Part shown: positions 40,408 to 53,520 of the stretch, in pieces | Position numbering within the stretch: the stretch's first letter is position 1 | Layout of the letters: the number at the start of each line of letters is the position of its first letter | Source of the DNA: Octopus vulgaris | Lineage: Eukaryota | NCBI GenBank assembly: GCA_951406725.2 | Contig: OX597823.1 | Coordinates: forward strand, 11,780,001-11,844,000 | Direction of reading: 5' to 3' | Length of the DNA: 64,000 bases | Notes under the pieces: generated by a model | Told to the model about the DNA's origin: nothing | The model's database searches: none | The model's input: the letters and a program-made list of their open reading frames with translations, nothing else | Translations under genes and position numbers: made by a program

Positions 40408-40601
40408 GACGCAGGAGTGGCTGTGTGGTAAGTAGCTTGCTTACCAGCAACATGGTTCCGGGTTCAGTCCCACTACGTGGCACATTGGCTTGGGCAAGTG
40501 TCATCTACTATAGCTTCGGGCCGACCAAAGCTTTGTGAGTGGATTTGGTTGACGGAAACTGAAAGAAGCCCGTCGTATATATGTATATGTATGTATGTAT
40601 G

Positions 40602-40675
<74 letters not shown>

Positions 40676-40880
40676 TGTGTCCCCCCCCCCCCGACATCAC
40701 TTGACAACCGATGCTGGTGTATTTACGTCCCCGTAACTTAGAGGTTCGGCAAAAGAGACCGATAGAACAAGTACTAGGCTTACAAAGAATAAGTCCTGGG
40801 GTGTCGATTTGCTCGACTAAAAGCGGTGCTCCAGCATGGCCGCAGTCAAATGACTGAAACTAGTAAAATAGTAAAAGAGT
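40408..40880 (+). mobile_element. Family A SINE
   Basis: Matches 16967-17393. Confidence 0.9.
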
Positions 40881-41410
40881 TGTGACAATACTGCCATTTC
40901 TTTCTTGTTCTGTTTTGCTAGGTTCAGATACCAAATGTCTTGAATTTCTATAATTAGGAAAAAAAAAAAAAAACAAAAACAAAAAAAACTCTAGAAAGCG
41001 TTTCTCATTGTTACTTAGCTCAAGGTCAACATTGAGTAAACCTATGTTCAAAGATCAGCCGTAACAATCCTGTCCATTTTCCTTTTTAGCTGAATTTAGG
41101 ACACCAATTTTACTGGAATCTTCCAGCAACCGGAAGAAAGCAGTAGAACGCGTTCCCAAGATTTTATCGTTGTTTAGATCAAGGTCAACATTGATGGAGC
41201 AAAGGGCGCTCCAGCCTTGACAATACAGTCTACTTTCTTTTCCAGTGTTGGATTAAGTTGGATTAAGCTACCAAAGTTATTGAATTCTAACAACCGAAAG
41301 GAAGAAAGTGTTCTTATTTTTGCTGTTCAGGTGTTTCCCAAGATTAACCTCTGATCGAGCAGATACATAATCAACGGCGTTTCAGCTGTGATACTTCCGT
41401 CTGTTTAGCC

Positions 41411-42253
41411 TGTAGTGGCACAAGCAGCCAGCGCCATATTGGATGAGATCTCGCGGCAGCCATTGCCATCGTCGAGACTGGAGCGAGACCTCACCTGCAT
41501 CAATTTTGCCACGCGCCAGATCACAACGAGGCTCGCGATGGAAACTATATAAAGGGTGAAAGGCGGCGAGCTGGCAGAAACGTTAGCACGTCGGACGAAA
41601 CGCTCAGCGGTATTTCGTCTGCCGTTACGTTGTGAGTTCAAATTCCGCCGAGGTCGACTTTGCCTTTCATCCTTTCGGGGTCGATAAATTAAGTACCAGT
41701 TACGCACTGGGGTCGATGTAATCGACTTAATACCTATGTCTGTCCTTGTTTGTCCCCTCTATGTTTAGCCCCTTGTGGGCAGTAAAGAAATAAGAAACGT
41801 TAGCACGCCGGGCGAAATGCGTAGCCGTATTTCATCTGCCGTTACGTTCTGAGTTCAAATTCCGTCGAGGTCGACTTTGCCTTTCATCCTTTCGGGGTCG
41901 ATAAATTAAGTACCAGTTACGCACTGGGATCGATGTAATCGACTTAATCCGTTTGTCTGTCCTTGTTTGTCCCCTCTGTGTTTAGCCCCTTGTGGGTAGT
42001 AAAGAAATATATATAAAGGGTAAACCGATTCAGACCTGTTTTTTTTGGCGCCACCTTCACAGAAGCACTGGCTGAACACCACCAGTGGAAGAGGCTTTCT
42101 GCCTGTCTATCTCCAGAGGCAATGCGCCCACACTGACGGAGCTTAAGATGGTAGCTGAGAGCACACACTTCACTTTTCCTGTAAATAAACCAGTTGTAAA
42201 GATCAGTTGTACTTGAAGTCTTTTTTCTTCGCCTGACGGAAGCCTGAACTACA
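41411..42253 (+). mobile_element. Probable solo LTR (~380 bp net) interrupted by a SINE dimer
   Basis: TGTAGT...ACTACA terminal inverted hexamer, GC-rich body, TATATAAA box, AATAAA at ~42184. No clear TSD. Confidence 0.6.
41558..42009 (+). mobile_element. Family B SINE dimer with 12-bp TSD
   Basis: TATATAAAGGGT at 41546-41557 and 42010-42021. Junction GAAATAA|GAAACGTTAGC at ~41793. Confidence 0.92.
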
Positions 42254-42336
42254 TAAAGAACAAGAAAATGATGGAAGGAGACGATATTCCTCCGATATCG
42301 TAATACTTGCCTCCCATTATTAAAAGCTCAAAGCTG

Positions 42337-42759
42337 GGATCTTTCGGTTTGAACGGCAGTTTTTAACATAATTTCTAGGTAACTAAAAAATGTTTAACTT
42401 CGCATACTGGTAGAATGTGTTTATAGAACGTCCTTTTCTCATGGCTTTATTGAGAAAATTCTATAGTTTGTAAGATATTTGTTGTTTTTTCTTCAATTTC
42501 TGCATTTTCAACCAATCACTGACGTCCATTGAGGTAAAAAGTATTCTGTGCCGTATGAATATGTCCCTCGTTTAAGAAACAGATTGGGTTTATTTACATT
42601 TTTGAAGAAAAAAGATACCCTTCCCCCCACCCCTAACCCTAACTAACCCTAACCCTAAAAGAGATTGAAATGCAATAGATCGATACTAGGGTCATAATTA
42701 TGGGTGACAATTTCATATGACACCGCTAGAAAAAACTGCCGTTCAAACCGAAAATATCC
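42337..42759 (-). mobile_element. Second copy of the TTAGGG-bearing MITE, opposite orientation
   Basis: Same TIR. TSD CAAAGCTG at 42329-42336 and 42760-42767. (CCCTAA)n at ~42631-42658. Confidence 0.9.
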
Positions 42760-43495
42760 CAAAGCTGACTTGAGATATCAAGCATGTTATATTTCGACAG
42801 CTGGGAGGAAGCTGTAGAAAGCATCATCAGCGAAATTGTAATTGTTGTTCATCTCTACATCGACACGCTTCGAAAAGATTTTTAGTGAAAGGAAACTGGT
42901 GGTTCCATCCGTGGACATCCTGTCTCATTCTCTTTTAGATGGTTTTAGATAAAAAGAAAACGAAGATACATTGAATAATGTAGTCTCGGTTATATTATAC
43001 TTAAAAATATAAGACAGGATAGTCATGGCTGGAATGCTTTGTTAATAGCTCTATCATTTTTTTCTGGTGTGTCTTGGCGCTCAAAAATAACGACAGCAAT
43101 AACAACAATCTTTTCACAGTCTTTCAGCGCAAGCTTCCTCGATCGACATATCCAAGTTGTAGCTGTTGTTGTTGTTGTTGTTGTTCTTCTTCTTCTTCTT
43201 CTTCTTCTTCTTCCAATCAGGACTTCCGTTTACCAAATCCACTCACAAGGCTTTGGTCGGCCCGATGTTATATTAAAAGACACTTGTCCAAGGTTCCACG
43301 CAGTGGGACTGAACCCAGAACCAGGTGGTTGGTAAGCAAGCTACTTACCACACAGCCACTCCTGCGCCTATTAGCATTTAATCTCGTACTTCATCACTGT
43401 GATCAAGGAGCCTCTACATATTTACTCCACCTGATAGAATGGACTTATGCCATTAGCCACAAAGAATAATCTCTAATTCGAGCCTACTCTAAGCT

Positions 43496-43914
43496 ACTAA
43501 GAATGTGTGCGGCAACTTGAAGACCCCCACCACCACACGTCATAGACTGGCGGTTGCACGGGCGCGAAAGATACGTTGTTATCCTCATTCCGTAAACGGT
43601 GGCTTTTAACGGGTGGAGAGCTGAACCATCCTGGGGTACAGAGGATTCGCAATCTAGATTAGGGTCTGAAAGTTTATCCCACCATAGTGGGTTACACCAT
43701 GGTTCCTCTGCTTTGTGGCAGAAGTAGGAAGAAAGAGTGAGAGAAAGTTGTGGTGAAAGAATACAGCGGGGTTCACTATCCCCACCCGGCCGGAGCCTCG
43801 TGGAGCTTAGGTGTTTTTGCTCAATAAACACTTACAATGCTCCGTCTGGGAATCGAAACCGCGTTCTTACGACCACGAGTCCGCTGCTCTAACCACTGGG
43901 CCATTGCGCCTCCA
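43496..43914 (-). mobile_element. Family C SINE head with a third tail type
   Basis: Head matches family C to ~43726, then sequence unrelated to the other two tails. Imperfect ACTCTA(A)GCT flanks. Confidence 0.7.
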
Positions 43915-44730
43915 CTCTAGCTGTTGTGTCATTATTACTGTTGTTACACTTTGCACGGCGGCCAAAAATGTTTAGCAGCATTTAGTTTGTCTGTACGTTC
44001 TGGGTTCAAATTCCGACGAACTCCACTTTGCCTTTTATCCTTTCGAGGTCGATAAAATAAGTATCAATTATGTACTGGGGTCGATGTAATTGACGAGTAC
44101 CACGACCACGACCACCACCAAATGTCAGACCATGAGCCTATATCAGAGAAGATAGTCACCGTTGTTCATTTGTAGGTTAGTATCGATCAAGTAAGTCTTA
44201 TGATCAAAGTTATTGCAGTTGTAACCATTCTGTCTTTTTCGTACACCAAGAACTACCGTGTTTAACGTATCATCACCTATTTTTTTTAGGACGGTAGGGT
44301 TATAATTTGAGGGAGCTTTGACTCGGTAGAGTCACCTTAAAGAAGCTCCCTCTGTTATGTATGTGTATCCTGAACTTGGCTACATAAGCGTAATTTCAAG
44401 CAGCATAGTAATTATCAGAATCTTCTCAATGATATGCTAAAGCGTAGCTATAGCTAGCTGCAGCTATAATTCTGCTATATTCTATTCTCTTTTAAACTCG
44501 GATGCCTAATGATACTTCTATGCTGAAAATTTGCAAAATGTGATGCAAAAATAATAAGGGTGTTATTTATTCGAAATTCTGTAAAATCTTGAAATCTCAA
44601 TAATCATAGAAAATTACGCGTGTTCTCTAAGAAATCAACCATTTCGACTTTCTGGCGCGAAAACTACTTTCACTTATGCATGCATATATATACGTGAATG
44701 TATACATGCGTACATAGTTACGTATAAACA

Positions 44731-45485
44731 TACGTTCATGTGTACAAAAGTACAAACATATTTACACACACACATACAAACATACTTACATACATACGCA
44801 CATACAAACATACTTACATACATATGCACATACAAACAAACGTACATGCATATATATATACTTATATACATACATACATACATAAGTACATGCATTCATG
44901 GATGCATGCATACATACTTACATACATAAGTACGCATATACATACATACATGCATGCATAACATACATACATACATACATACATACATCTATACATCTAT
45001 ACATACATACATCTATACATCTATACATCTATACATCTATACATACATACATACATACATCTATACATACATACATACATACATACATACATCTATACAT
45101 CTATACATACATACATACATACATACATACATACATACATACATACATACATACATACATACATACATACATACATCTATACATACATACATATATACAT
45201 ACATACATACATACATCCATACATACATACATACATACATACATACATACATACATACATACATACATACATACATACATACATACATACATACATACAA
45301 AATGATGAACTGATAGATTTACCTGCTTATATTTTGGAGATTTTAAGATTCTCACTCCATTATTGGTTCTTCAACCGCTTTATATTTTCTGTGGTTATAC
45401 TCCATGTATATTTTCCTTCAGCAAAACAGTTAGATTCGAAGAAACCAGGGATGCTTTGTGTCGGAAAATAATAATAAAAAAAATA
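44731..45485. repeat. Segment duplicated in inverted orientation at 48207-48753, including a (TACA)n tract
   Basis: Unique parts TACGTTCATGTGTACAAAAGTACAAAC and GATAGATTTACCTGCTTATATTTTGGAG...GTCGGAAAATAATAAT match the reverse complement of 48207-48753. Confidence 0.9.
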
Positions 45486-45555
45486 ATTCTCACTTAGAAT
45501 TCGTACTTGGAAGTTAAGGGACATAATCAAAAGGACTTAACTAAATGATATCAAC

Positions 45556-45769
45556 TTTACTCTTGTACTTGTTTCAGTCGTTTGACTGCGGCCATGCTGG
45601 AGCACTGCCTTTAGTCGAGTAACTCGACGCCGGGACTTATTCTTTGTAAGCCCAGTACTTATTCTATCAGTCTCTTTTGCTGAACCGCTAATTGACGGGG
45701 ACATAAACACACCAGCATCGGTTGTCAAGCAATGCTAGGGGGAGAAACACAGACACACAAACACACACG

Positions 45770-45857
<88 letters not shown>

Positions 45858-46018
45858 GACGAGCTTCTTTCAGTTTCCGTCTACCAAATCCACTCACAAG
45901 GCTTTGGTCGGCCGAGGTTATATTAAAAGACACTTGTCCAAGGTGCCACGCAGTGGGACTGAACCCAGAACCAGGTGGTTGGTAAGCAAGCTACTTACCA
46001 CACAGCCACTCCTGCGCC
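45556..46018 (-). mobile_element. Family A SINE
   Basis: Reverse complement of the consensus. Confidence 0.9.
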
Positions 46019-47193
46019 TATTAGCATTTAATCTCGTACTTCATCACTGTGATCAAGGAGCCTCTACATATTTACTCCACCTGATAGAAATAGCAGTCAG
46101 ATTAAAATACATTTTATGACGCGAGGAAGATAAATATAACGTTTCGGAACAGAATACTTTGTCAGAGAAAAATGTTTACTAATGTTTACTAAAAGTGTTG
46201 CATAAACGAATCAGTTCTAACAGGTCTTTTGTGAATTACTGTTGACCATACATTTACACATATATGTGGAGGCTTAGGTAAGGGGATTATTTTTGAGGAA
46301 GAATAGCAGTTGTCGATGCATACAAGTCTTCTTTCTTCATACCGCCAACGTTTAGAGAGGAGTCACCGACTTGCGTTGATACAGATTGGCACCTGTACCG
46401 TCATAAGCGTTGTTGTCAGGACACAAAGAGCAAGAATAGATACTACAAAGATCTTGGCCGATTCTTTAACAACTCTGATAATCCACCAACTTGGATTGAT
46501 ATTATTTTATCATCCTCAAAACGAAGAGAAACAAAGTTGACCTCGGCGGGATTTGAACTCAGGCTGCAGATAGTCATAACAACACCTCCAGGCATTCTGC
46601 CCAATTTTCTGTCGACTCTGTTAGTTCGCCGCCTTTATCATTACAAGACATGCTAAATAAACCGAGCAGTATATAAATATTTCTGGCTCTGAGGAAAATT
46701 TCTGCCAGAAGCGTTCGACATCTCTTCTTCACCGCACGCTAATTACTTTAAAATGTTTTATCGATTTATTTTTTGTACAATTAATTTCATTTATGTGTAT
46801 TCCAATATGACATTAAGTGATGCGAGAAAGCTCTTAGTAGATATACGATAGTATGTTTACAAAAATAAATCACCGTGTTTAATTACTTATAGTTTTTAAA
46901 TGCATGAAAAACAATAGTTAAGTTAGTGCTATCGTATTTTACGTAATGAGTATGATAAATGCAATTAGAACAAATTATGTGGTCAAGTAAAGACAACATT
47001 AACTCAAAAATTTATATAATTCTAATAATTTCAATAATTAAGCGAGACAATTTAAGACATGATTTGGTTTTGTGATATGCTAGATTTTTTTTCTCTTTAG
47101 ATTTTTCTTTACATCTATTTTTCCCACTCCGGCGGCTAAGATGTGATTTTTGTTTCTTCGTATTTGTTTTACATAGGTATCAATTGGCAGCGA

Positions 47194-47311
47194 GTGGAGG
47201 CGCAATGGCCCAGTGGTTAGGGCAGCGGACTCGCGGTCATAGGATCGCGGTTTCGATTCCCAGACCGGGCGTTCCGGAACCCTCATCGTCGTAACCGACG
47301 GAGTGCTTCCA
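47194..47311 (+). mobile_element. 118-bp internally deleted family C SINE with 13-bp TSD
   Basis: tRNA head joined directly to the 3' CCGGAACCCTC...GGAGTGCTTCC. CAATTGGCAGCGA at 47181-47193 and 47312-47324. Confidence 0.9.
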
Positions 47312-47715
47312 CAATTGGCAGCGATCTTCACATTGCGTTTTCCCCACGAGGCTTAGTTACTTCCTATGGGCCGGTTTATAGATCCCCCGAATCTGAAATG
47401 AAGAAGTTATCCAAGACTAGACATAAGGTTCAAATGTTGGTAACAGAGTAGGCTCAACTAAAGGTGACAAAAACAGTGGTTGTATTAAACAAGATAACGG
47501 ATTAAAATCATCACACGTGTAAACCGTGTACCTGTTTCTAAAACTTTTGTTTGAAAAGCGAGATTTTTGAACACGCAATGAAATGTATCATATTATAAAA
47601 ATGATGCTATCCAAGCACAGATATTACTCTGGCAACGATATTAATGCATTGTTGCAGTTTTTGTATCTTTAAACGGTCGACAGAAACTGTGCGGAAACGA
47701 TTCAGAAAAATGGTT

Positions 47716-47753
<38 letters not shown>

Positions 47754-49507
47754 GGGGATGGTCAGCTTAATCCGTCATCCGATTTAGCACCATTACCTGG
47801 CTCTTTGGCACCTTTAGCGCAGTTCCTCCTGATGCAAGCATCAGCGCTGAACATACTACGGTTTGAGGATATCTTAAACCCAACTTCCTACCAAGGTCAG
47901 AGACCTTGAGAAAGGAGTCTGGGGCTTCCGTTGCACTACTAATTAAAAGGTTAAAAAACATAATAAATAAATAAATAAATAATTAAATAAATAGATAACC
48001 AGAAAGCAGCTTTTATTAGTAACGACATTCTCTAAGATTTTGCTTCCGAAGTGACACTCGAAGTATCACTAATAACAAGTGAGCCAGTGGTATGTTTAAT
48101 GAGTGATGGCTCGAGATAATTGTAATTGCTAGCAGAAGCCAATAGATACAGATGTGTTGATTTCTAATTTTTCGGGGAAAGGTGACGAAATCCAGAGGGA
48201 AACGGCATATTTTTTTTATTATTATTTTCCGACACAAAGCATCCCTGGTTTCTTCGAATTTAACTGTTTTGCTGAAGGAAAATATACAGGGAGTATAACC
48301 AGAGAAAATATAAAGCGGTTGAAGAATGGTTCCTTGCTTAGTGGAGTGAGAATTTTAAAATCTCCAAAATATAAGCAGGTAAATCTATCGGTTCATCATT
48401 TTGTATGTATTGATGTTCGCATGTATGTATGTATGTATGTATGTATGTATGTATGTATGTATGTATGTATGTATGTATGTATGTATGTATGTATGTATGT
48501 ATAGATGTATGTATGTATGTATGTATGCATGCATGTATGTATGTATATGCGTACTTATGTATGTATGTATGTATGTATGTATCCATGAATGCATGTACGT
48601 ATGTATGTATGTATGTATATAAGTATCTATATATGGATGTATGTTTGTATGTATGTGCATATGTATGTATGTATGTATGTATGCACGTATGTATGTAAGT
48701 ATGTTTGTATGTGTGTGTGTGAATATGTTTGTACTTTTGTACACATGAACGTATCCCCTTGTATAGATCCCAGTTATTCCCATATGCTACAAGCACAAGT
48801 ATCTACTTTTATCGATATCAGCTCTGGTTTGGCGGAATTCGTACTTAACTGTTAAGAAGCGTAACCAAAAGAGCCTATCTATGTAAATGCTATTAAGTAT
48901 TGGTTTCAAGATTTGGCACAAGGCCAGCAATTTAGAGGGTAAAACATTGACACCAGTGTTCCACTGGTACTTATTTCATCAACCCCGAAAGGATGAAAGG
49001 CAAAGTCGACCTCGGCGGAAATTGGACGCAGAACGAAGAGACGGACGAAATGCTGCTAAGCATTTTGTCCGGTGCAGTAAAAAATTCTATCCAGCTCTCC
49101 TTCTCAAATGCTTTTAAGTATTAACATTCAATCCGGCACTTCACCACTGTGTCCAAGGAGTCTCTACACGCTTACTCCACCTGCTAGAAATAGTGAAATC
49201 ATACTCAAATAATGCCCTAGCTCTTAAACATGAAGCTAACGTCTGACAACATAGTCCTAGCTTCACTGTGCAATCAGGACCGTGTTATCTTTTGATCGTA
49301 GTTCTAAGTTCTGCTCAAGCTAGTGTGGCTCGTTCGCCAACACTTTGGTTCTAATGCAACCGACAAACACAGGGAGCAATCTTCTCTTCAACTTTATCTT
49401 CAGCCTAATCCTCAGTCAATGTACTCTGTTTCACAAAGCCTTAATATAGACAGTGATTGCTATCCGTTCCCTCCTTCTTCGTACCTTCGACCATTTCTGT
49501 TGGCTTA

Positions 49508-49899
49508 TCTTTATATATAAAAGTGAGGTTGTGTGCTGTCTGTCTCCTACGATTTAGATTCCTTACTCCCACATTTTGCGGTGCAGTTTAACCAAAACCG
49601 GGTATCTTATAGTCGTGATTCATATCGAGCCCTTCTGGGTATTAGCGCGCGTCTACGATGAATCTACGATTAAAAAAAAAATTACCATCAATTTTTCCCA
49701 TTTTTAATGCATTTTTTGCATATATAAGGGAAGTAACTCTCTAAAAATCTATTATTAAATCTCAGAACCTAAAAAGTTACAGTAACACCCCTCCTTTGTG
49801 GTTAGCCATATTGAGATGGCTATTATACTTTACATCTCTAAAAATGCTTATATAGTTATTTCCCTTACAAACCCGAGCAACGCCGGGCGATACTGCTAG
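49508..49899 (+). mobile_element. Non-autonomous Helitron, copy 2
   Basis: A|TC...CCCGAGCAACGCCGGG...CTAG|T, near-identical to 11577-11964. Confidence 0.88.
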
Positions 49900-50103
49900 T
49901 TTTCTATATTTCTATACCAAGAGCCATTATTTTCTGTGATGTAGGTCTTTTAATTGTTTAATTAACTTAGTCGAAATTGTTGTGCGTTTCTTCAATATGT
50001 TTGACATGCGTACAGTTCTTGTCAAAATATATTTATTAACTGTCTTATTTTCAATTTTGACTTGTATTGACTATGTTGTTGTATGTATATATTTTTTTAT
50101 ATA

Positions 50104-51308
50104 GGTGTAGGAGTGGCTGTGTGGTAAGCAGCTTGTTTACCAACTACATGGTTCTGGGTTCAGTCCCACTGCGTGGCACCTTGGGCGAGTGTCTTCTACT
50201 ATAGCCTCGGGCCGACCAAAGCCTTGTGAGTGGATTTGGTAGACGAAAACTGAACGAAGCCTGTCGTATATATGTATATATATGTATATATATATATGTG
50301 TGTATATGTTTGCGTGTCTGTGTTTACGCCCTTTAGCATTGCTTGACTACCGATGCTGGTGTGTTTATGTCCCCGGGTTAATATCTAGATCCGCACCCGG
50401 TGGGAAAAATGAGATCCGCACCCGGTGGGAAAAATGGAAACGAAAATGTGTAACAGTTGTAAGGCATCGTATATTGACGGAATAAGACGGGAAAAAAGCG
50501 CGCTGACAAACGGGGGTGGGGGGTGGAGGCTCGGGAAATTCCCAGGATCAACCGTAGAGGCAAAAATGGAAAAAAATATGTGTAACAGGTGTAAGGCATC
50601 GTATATTGAAGGAATATGACGAAAAAAAGCGTGCTGACAAACGGAAGGGGAGGGGGCTCGGAAAATTGCCTACGATTTAAAGAAAAATTTACCATCAATT
50701 TTCACCATTGTGTTTCTGATTCGCGACCCCATGTCGAATTTATCGATTTTTTTCAGAACTGGGGGAACTTTTCAAAATTTTCGCTGCGTTAGTTTTGAAT
50801 TATGACATTGGGCTATGTGTGTGAAATGCGTTTAAAATGGTGAAAATTGATGGTAAATTTTTCTTTAAATCGTAGGCAGTTTTCCGAGCCCCCCCCCCCG
50901 TTTGTCAGCGCGCTTTGTTTTCGTCATATTCCTTCAATATACGATGCCTTACACCTGTTACACATATTTTTTTCCATGATCCTCTACGGTTGATCCTGGG
51001 AATTTCCCGAGCCCCACCACCCCACCCCCCCAACCCCGTTTGTCAGCGCGCTTTTTTCCGTCTTATTCCGTCAATATACGATGCCTTACAACTGTTACAC
51101 ATTTTCGTTTCCATTTTTCCCACCGGGTGCGGATCTAGATATTAACCTGTCCCCGTTACTTAGCGGTTCGGCAAAAGAGACCGATAGAATAAGTACTGGG
51201 CTTACAAAGAATAAGTCCTGGGGATCGATTTGCTCGACTAAAGGCGGTGCTCCAGCATGGCCGCAGTCAAATGACTGAAACAAGTAAAAGAGTAAAAGAG
51301 TAAAGAGT
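50104..51308 (+). mobile_element. Family A SINE split by a foldback MITE
   Basis: Consensus runs 50104-50375 and resumes at 51148. Confidence 0.9.
50376..51147. mobile_element. Foldback MITE with ~310-330-bp TIRs, GG...CC ends and 8-bp TSD (Merlin-like)
   Basis: GGTTAATATCTAGATCCGCACCCGGTGGGAAAAAT mirrored at the right end. TSD TGTCCCCG at 50368-50375 and 51148-51155. Two ~120-bp subrepeats per arm. Confidence 0.92.
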
Positions 51309-51796
51309 ATATAGCTACCACGCATAGCGATTTTTTTTTGTTTTACAACTCTTAGCATCTCGCAATGTTCTTTATCCACTTTCTTCATATGCACTTTCCA
51401 TAATCCCCGTAAGATTTCGTGTGTTTTGTTTTATTCTGCCCGTATCATTTTCTCTGCCACGATATTGCTCGCCTAGCATTCAAATTGATACCTTAACTCG
51501 CTTGACCTTTTTCCCCCTCAGCTTCCCACCTAGTTTTACTGGCTTAGCTCTTGTTAGAAAGTTCTATTACTCCTTCACTCACATCCACCTCCTCACATTG
51601 CTCTTCCAGCTCTTTTCTTTTGTTATTCGATTTCCCACACGACTAACATTAACCTTTATATTCCCTTTCTGATGAAAGACAGTCGTCCAACAAATCAGCG
51701 CTCTGTAATTAGTTTTTCCACGAAATTCTTTAGATTAAAATTGCTGACAATGTGACAATGACAATCAGCACTTTCTTTGATACCTGCTATAATCCA

Positions 51797-52137
<341 letters not shown>

Positions 52138-52215
52138 GAGCGTCCAACAATACTATATTTGTTCCTGTCCTCGCGTTGTTGTGGTTTTTTTGTGCTTTCT
52201 TGTTTGGATTAACTT

Positions 52216-52246
<31 letters not shown>

Positions 52247-52784
52247 GTCATTGAATAAAAGAAGGGTAAAAATACCGTTTGCCAAAGATGAAAGCGAAGG
52301 CTTTAAAAACCACCAATCCTACGATAAATGCACAGCATGAAATCAATTGATATTGGGGTATGTAAACTTCAAATTCCATCCTGAAGGTAGGCCTATTTTT
52401 TGAAGTGTTCATTGCGTTGTTCGTGTGTGTATTTATCGTAGGAATGGTGGTTTTTGAAGCTTTCTCTTTCATCTGTGGCAAGCGGTATTTTTACCCTTCT
52501 TTTATTCAAATATTTAATATGATACCTATTCTGGTAGAAGTCTTGCTAACCACATCATTATTACTATTTTTAACAGTTATAATGCTTTCATATAGTTCCT
52601 TATATATATATTTATATATATATTTATCGCTTGTAGAATTGTAGAAAATAAATCCGGATAAGAAGCACACTCTAAGATGTAGTGCAGTATATATTAAATG
52701 TGGGTAAGGCCGGAGATTTTCGGGCCGTGCTTGCATTTCAGGAAATTCCTATTAGAGTTTTGGGAACCGCATAATAACGATAAT

Positions 52785-53232
52785 AGCGGCAGAAACGTTA
52801 GAATACAGGGAGAAACGCTTAGCGGTGTTCGGTATGTCTTTACGTTCTGAGTTCAAATTTCGCTGAGGTCGACTTTGCCTTTCATCCTTTCAGGGTCGAT
52901 AAATTAAGTACCAGTTGCGTAATGGGGTCAATGAAAGCGACTGACCCCCTCCCCAAACATTTCAGGCCTTGTGCCTAGATTGGAAAACAATATTAAAGGC
53001 GGTGAGCTTACAGAATCGTTAGCACACCGGGCGAAATGCGTAGCCGTATTTCGTCTGCCGTTACGTTCTGAGTTCAAATTCCGCCGAGGTCGACTTTGCC
53101 TTTCATCCTTTCTGGGTCGATAAATTAAGTACCAGTTATGCACTGGGGTCGATATAGTCAACTTAATCCCTTTATCTGTCCTTGTTTGTCTCCTCTGTGT
53201 TTAGCCCCTTGTGGGTAGTAAAGAAATAGGTA
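52785..53232 (+). mobile_element. Two tandem family B SINEs (older tail, then younger tail)
   Basis: Core GTCGACTTTGCCTTTCATCC at ~52868 and ~53089. Confidence 0.85.
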
Positions 53233-53461
53233 TTAGCGATAATTTTTACACTACGGCTTGAAATTGATTGCTGATGAGAGTGGGGAATAACCTCCTCCCT
53301 TTTAACCCTTACAGCCGACAGATGGCGTAGCTGAAGGAGGACGGCATAGCCGGAAGCTGGTGAGCAGCCGATGACCATCAGAAGAGGAAGATAATCCTCA
53401 TTGTTTATATCTAGTTCGTTTCTCCCTCCATACTTTAAAGAGGCCATTGGCCAACAAGTCT

Positions 53462-53520
53462 TAGGGTCTGATGATACACTATAAAGATACTCTTTATAGC
53501 GGAAACCCAGGGTAACCCTA
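53462..53520 (+). ncRNA. Type I hammerhead ribozyme
   Basis: TAGGGT-CTGATGA-TACA-CTATAAAGA-TAC-TCTTTATAG-CG-GAAA-CCC-A-GGG-TA-ACCCTA: stem I 6 bp, canonical core, 9-bp stem II helix, GUA site. Confidence 0.82.

Noticed and set aside
42792-42832. Minus-strand CTGATGA...ACAGCT/AGCTGT...GAAA
   Set aside because: Eight unpaired bases after the core and no stem I or valid cleavage triplet. Likely chance.
47194-47270. tRNA-like heads (also 16596-16667 and 62691-62765) as real tRNA genes
   Set aside because: Acceptor and anticodon stems do not pair properly, and they are embedded in TSD-flanked repeats.
48240-48378. AG/GT-bounded open frame duplicated at 45323-45453, as a conserved exon
   Set aside because: The paralogue differs by an 8-nt indel and gains a TAA in that frame, and no protein family is recognised.
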